Shown here piece by piece: positions 62,930 to 64,000 of a stretch of DNA of 64,000 nucleotides (positions within the stretch are counted from its first letter, which is position 1; each line of letters begins with the position of its first letter). The notes beneath the pieces are model-generated. The model was not told where the DNA came from, made no database searches, and saw only the letters and a list, made by a program, of their open reading frames with translations. Location of the stretch: positions 31,894,453 to 31,958,452 of the forward strand of contig NC_068982.1 in the NCBI RefSeq assembly GCF_001194135.2. Direction: 5' to 3'. Position numbers and translations under genes: made by a program. Source of the DNA: Octopus bimaculoides (Eukaryota).

Positions 62930-63172
62930 GTTTGTGTGTATATGTTTGTGTGTCAGTGATTGTCCCCTCAACATCGCTTGACAACAGATGCTAGTGTGTT
63001 TACGTCCCCGTAACTTAGCGGTTACTTAGCGGTTCAGCAAAAGAAACCGATAGAATAAGTACTAGGCTTACAAAGAATAAGACCTGGGGTCGATTTACTC
63101 GGCTAAAAGGCAGTGCTCCAGCATGGCCGCAGTCAAATGACTGAAACAAGTAAAAGAGTAAAAGAGAGTAAG
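62930..63172 (+). mobile_element. SINE family 2, 3' half
   Basis: Near-identical to 49610-49830; ends GTAAAAGAGTAAAAGAG; 5' half presumably in the gap. Confidence 0.85.
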
Positions 63173-63361
63173 GAGAGATATTACACCGAGCTGCTTAAGT
63201 GCTCAGTAGTAGAGTACATGTAATTATGCAACCGCAGTAACGCTTAGGGAGGCAATTTGCCACGAAAATTACATGATAGGCACAAGTCTTTAGTTGCTAT
63301 TCATCGAAAACAGAATTCTTGGAAATTACAAAATTATAAAACTACAAAATTTTTGACAGCA

Positions 63362-63518
63362 ACAGAGGCAGGATTGTGTGGTAAGAAGTATGTTTCCCAA
63401 CCACTGGATGAGAGGCAATGTTCAACCTTGGCAGATTTTAACTAAGAACGGGAAGATGGACGAAATGCGGCTAAGCATTGCGCCTGGCGTGCTAACGATT
63501 TTGCCAGCTGGCCATTTT
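63362..63518. mobile_element. SINE family 2 head (+, 63362-63410) joined to SINE family 1 5' half (-, 63420-63518)
   Basis: GGCAGGATTGTGTGGTAAGAAG...CCCAACCAC followed by the reverse complement of the family-1 head and B box. Confidence 0.75.
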
Positions 63519-63919
63519 AACATCGTGACATTAATTATTGACAGCCTTTTTTCCATTTTCTTCCAGCTAATCAGGTTTGTTTCAACCATTTCTCTATCAT
63601 TTGCAAATTCGATGTCCTCTCTATACAGAGATTCTGCATTTAGCATCTTACAAAATAATTACACATATGGATACTTCTCTCTGGAGCCAGCTACTAATTA
63701 ATCCTTCTTATGAATCCATTGAATTTACAGATCAAACAGATTATAAATTATATACATCTCTTATACTTGTTTTTCTCCACAGACTACAAATATGTGAGGT
63801 TTTTCTCTGACAAAATAATATAAAATTTTGTGCATGTATACCCCCAACAATATATACAAACAGTGGATGGTTATAAGGTCCGTTATATATATATATGTAT
63901 GTGTGGTGTTTATATATAA

Positions 63920-63938
63920 GTACACACACACAAACATA

Positions 63939-64000
<62 letters not shown>
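63920..64000. repeat. (CA)n microsatellite running off the window end
   Basis: Directly visible. Confidence 0.97.

Overview
This is AT-rich, repeat-dense eukaryotic (animal) genomic DNA with 14 assembly gaps. The SINE families and microsatellite load suggest a coleoid cephalopod (Octopus-like); that is recognition from memory, not a database result. There is no prokaryotic gene organisation, CRISPR array, rRNA or true tRNA gene. Most ORF-track entries are artefacts of N-gaps, microsatellites or antisense TE frames. Supported content: (1) about 12 truncated or decayed R4/Dong-clade non-LTR retrotransposons (RT + CCHC + restriction-like endonuclease) of several families, nearly all embedded in (AAT)n; (2) about 20 copies of one tRNA-derived SINE family plus two other SINE families; (3) decayed DNA transposons: two DD34D mariners, an Hsmar1-like-TIR deletion derivative, a maT/Tc1-like fragment, a piggyBac fossil and a foldback MULE-like MITE; (4) a minimal type-I hammerhead ribozyme motif next to an A-rich ORF that may be Penelope-derived; (5) candidate host exons, the best being a phase-consistent minus-strand chain at 62117-59148 with a 72-nt cassette exon carrying one in-frame TGA. 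The most notable patterns are the antiparallel SINE/Dong nesting within one trinucleotide microsatellite, the hammerhead motif and the stop-containing cassette exon. All protein-family calls are motif recognition by eye, and TE boundaries are approximate.
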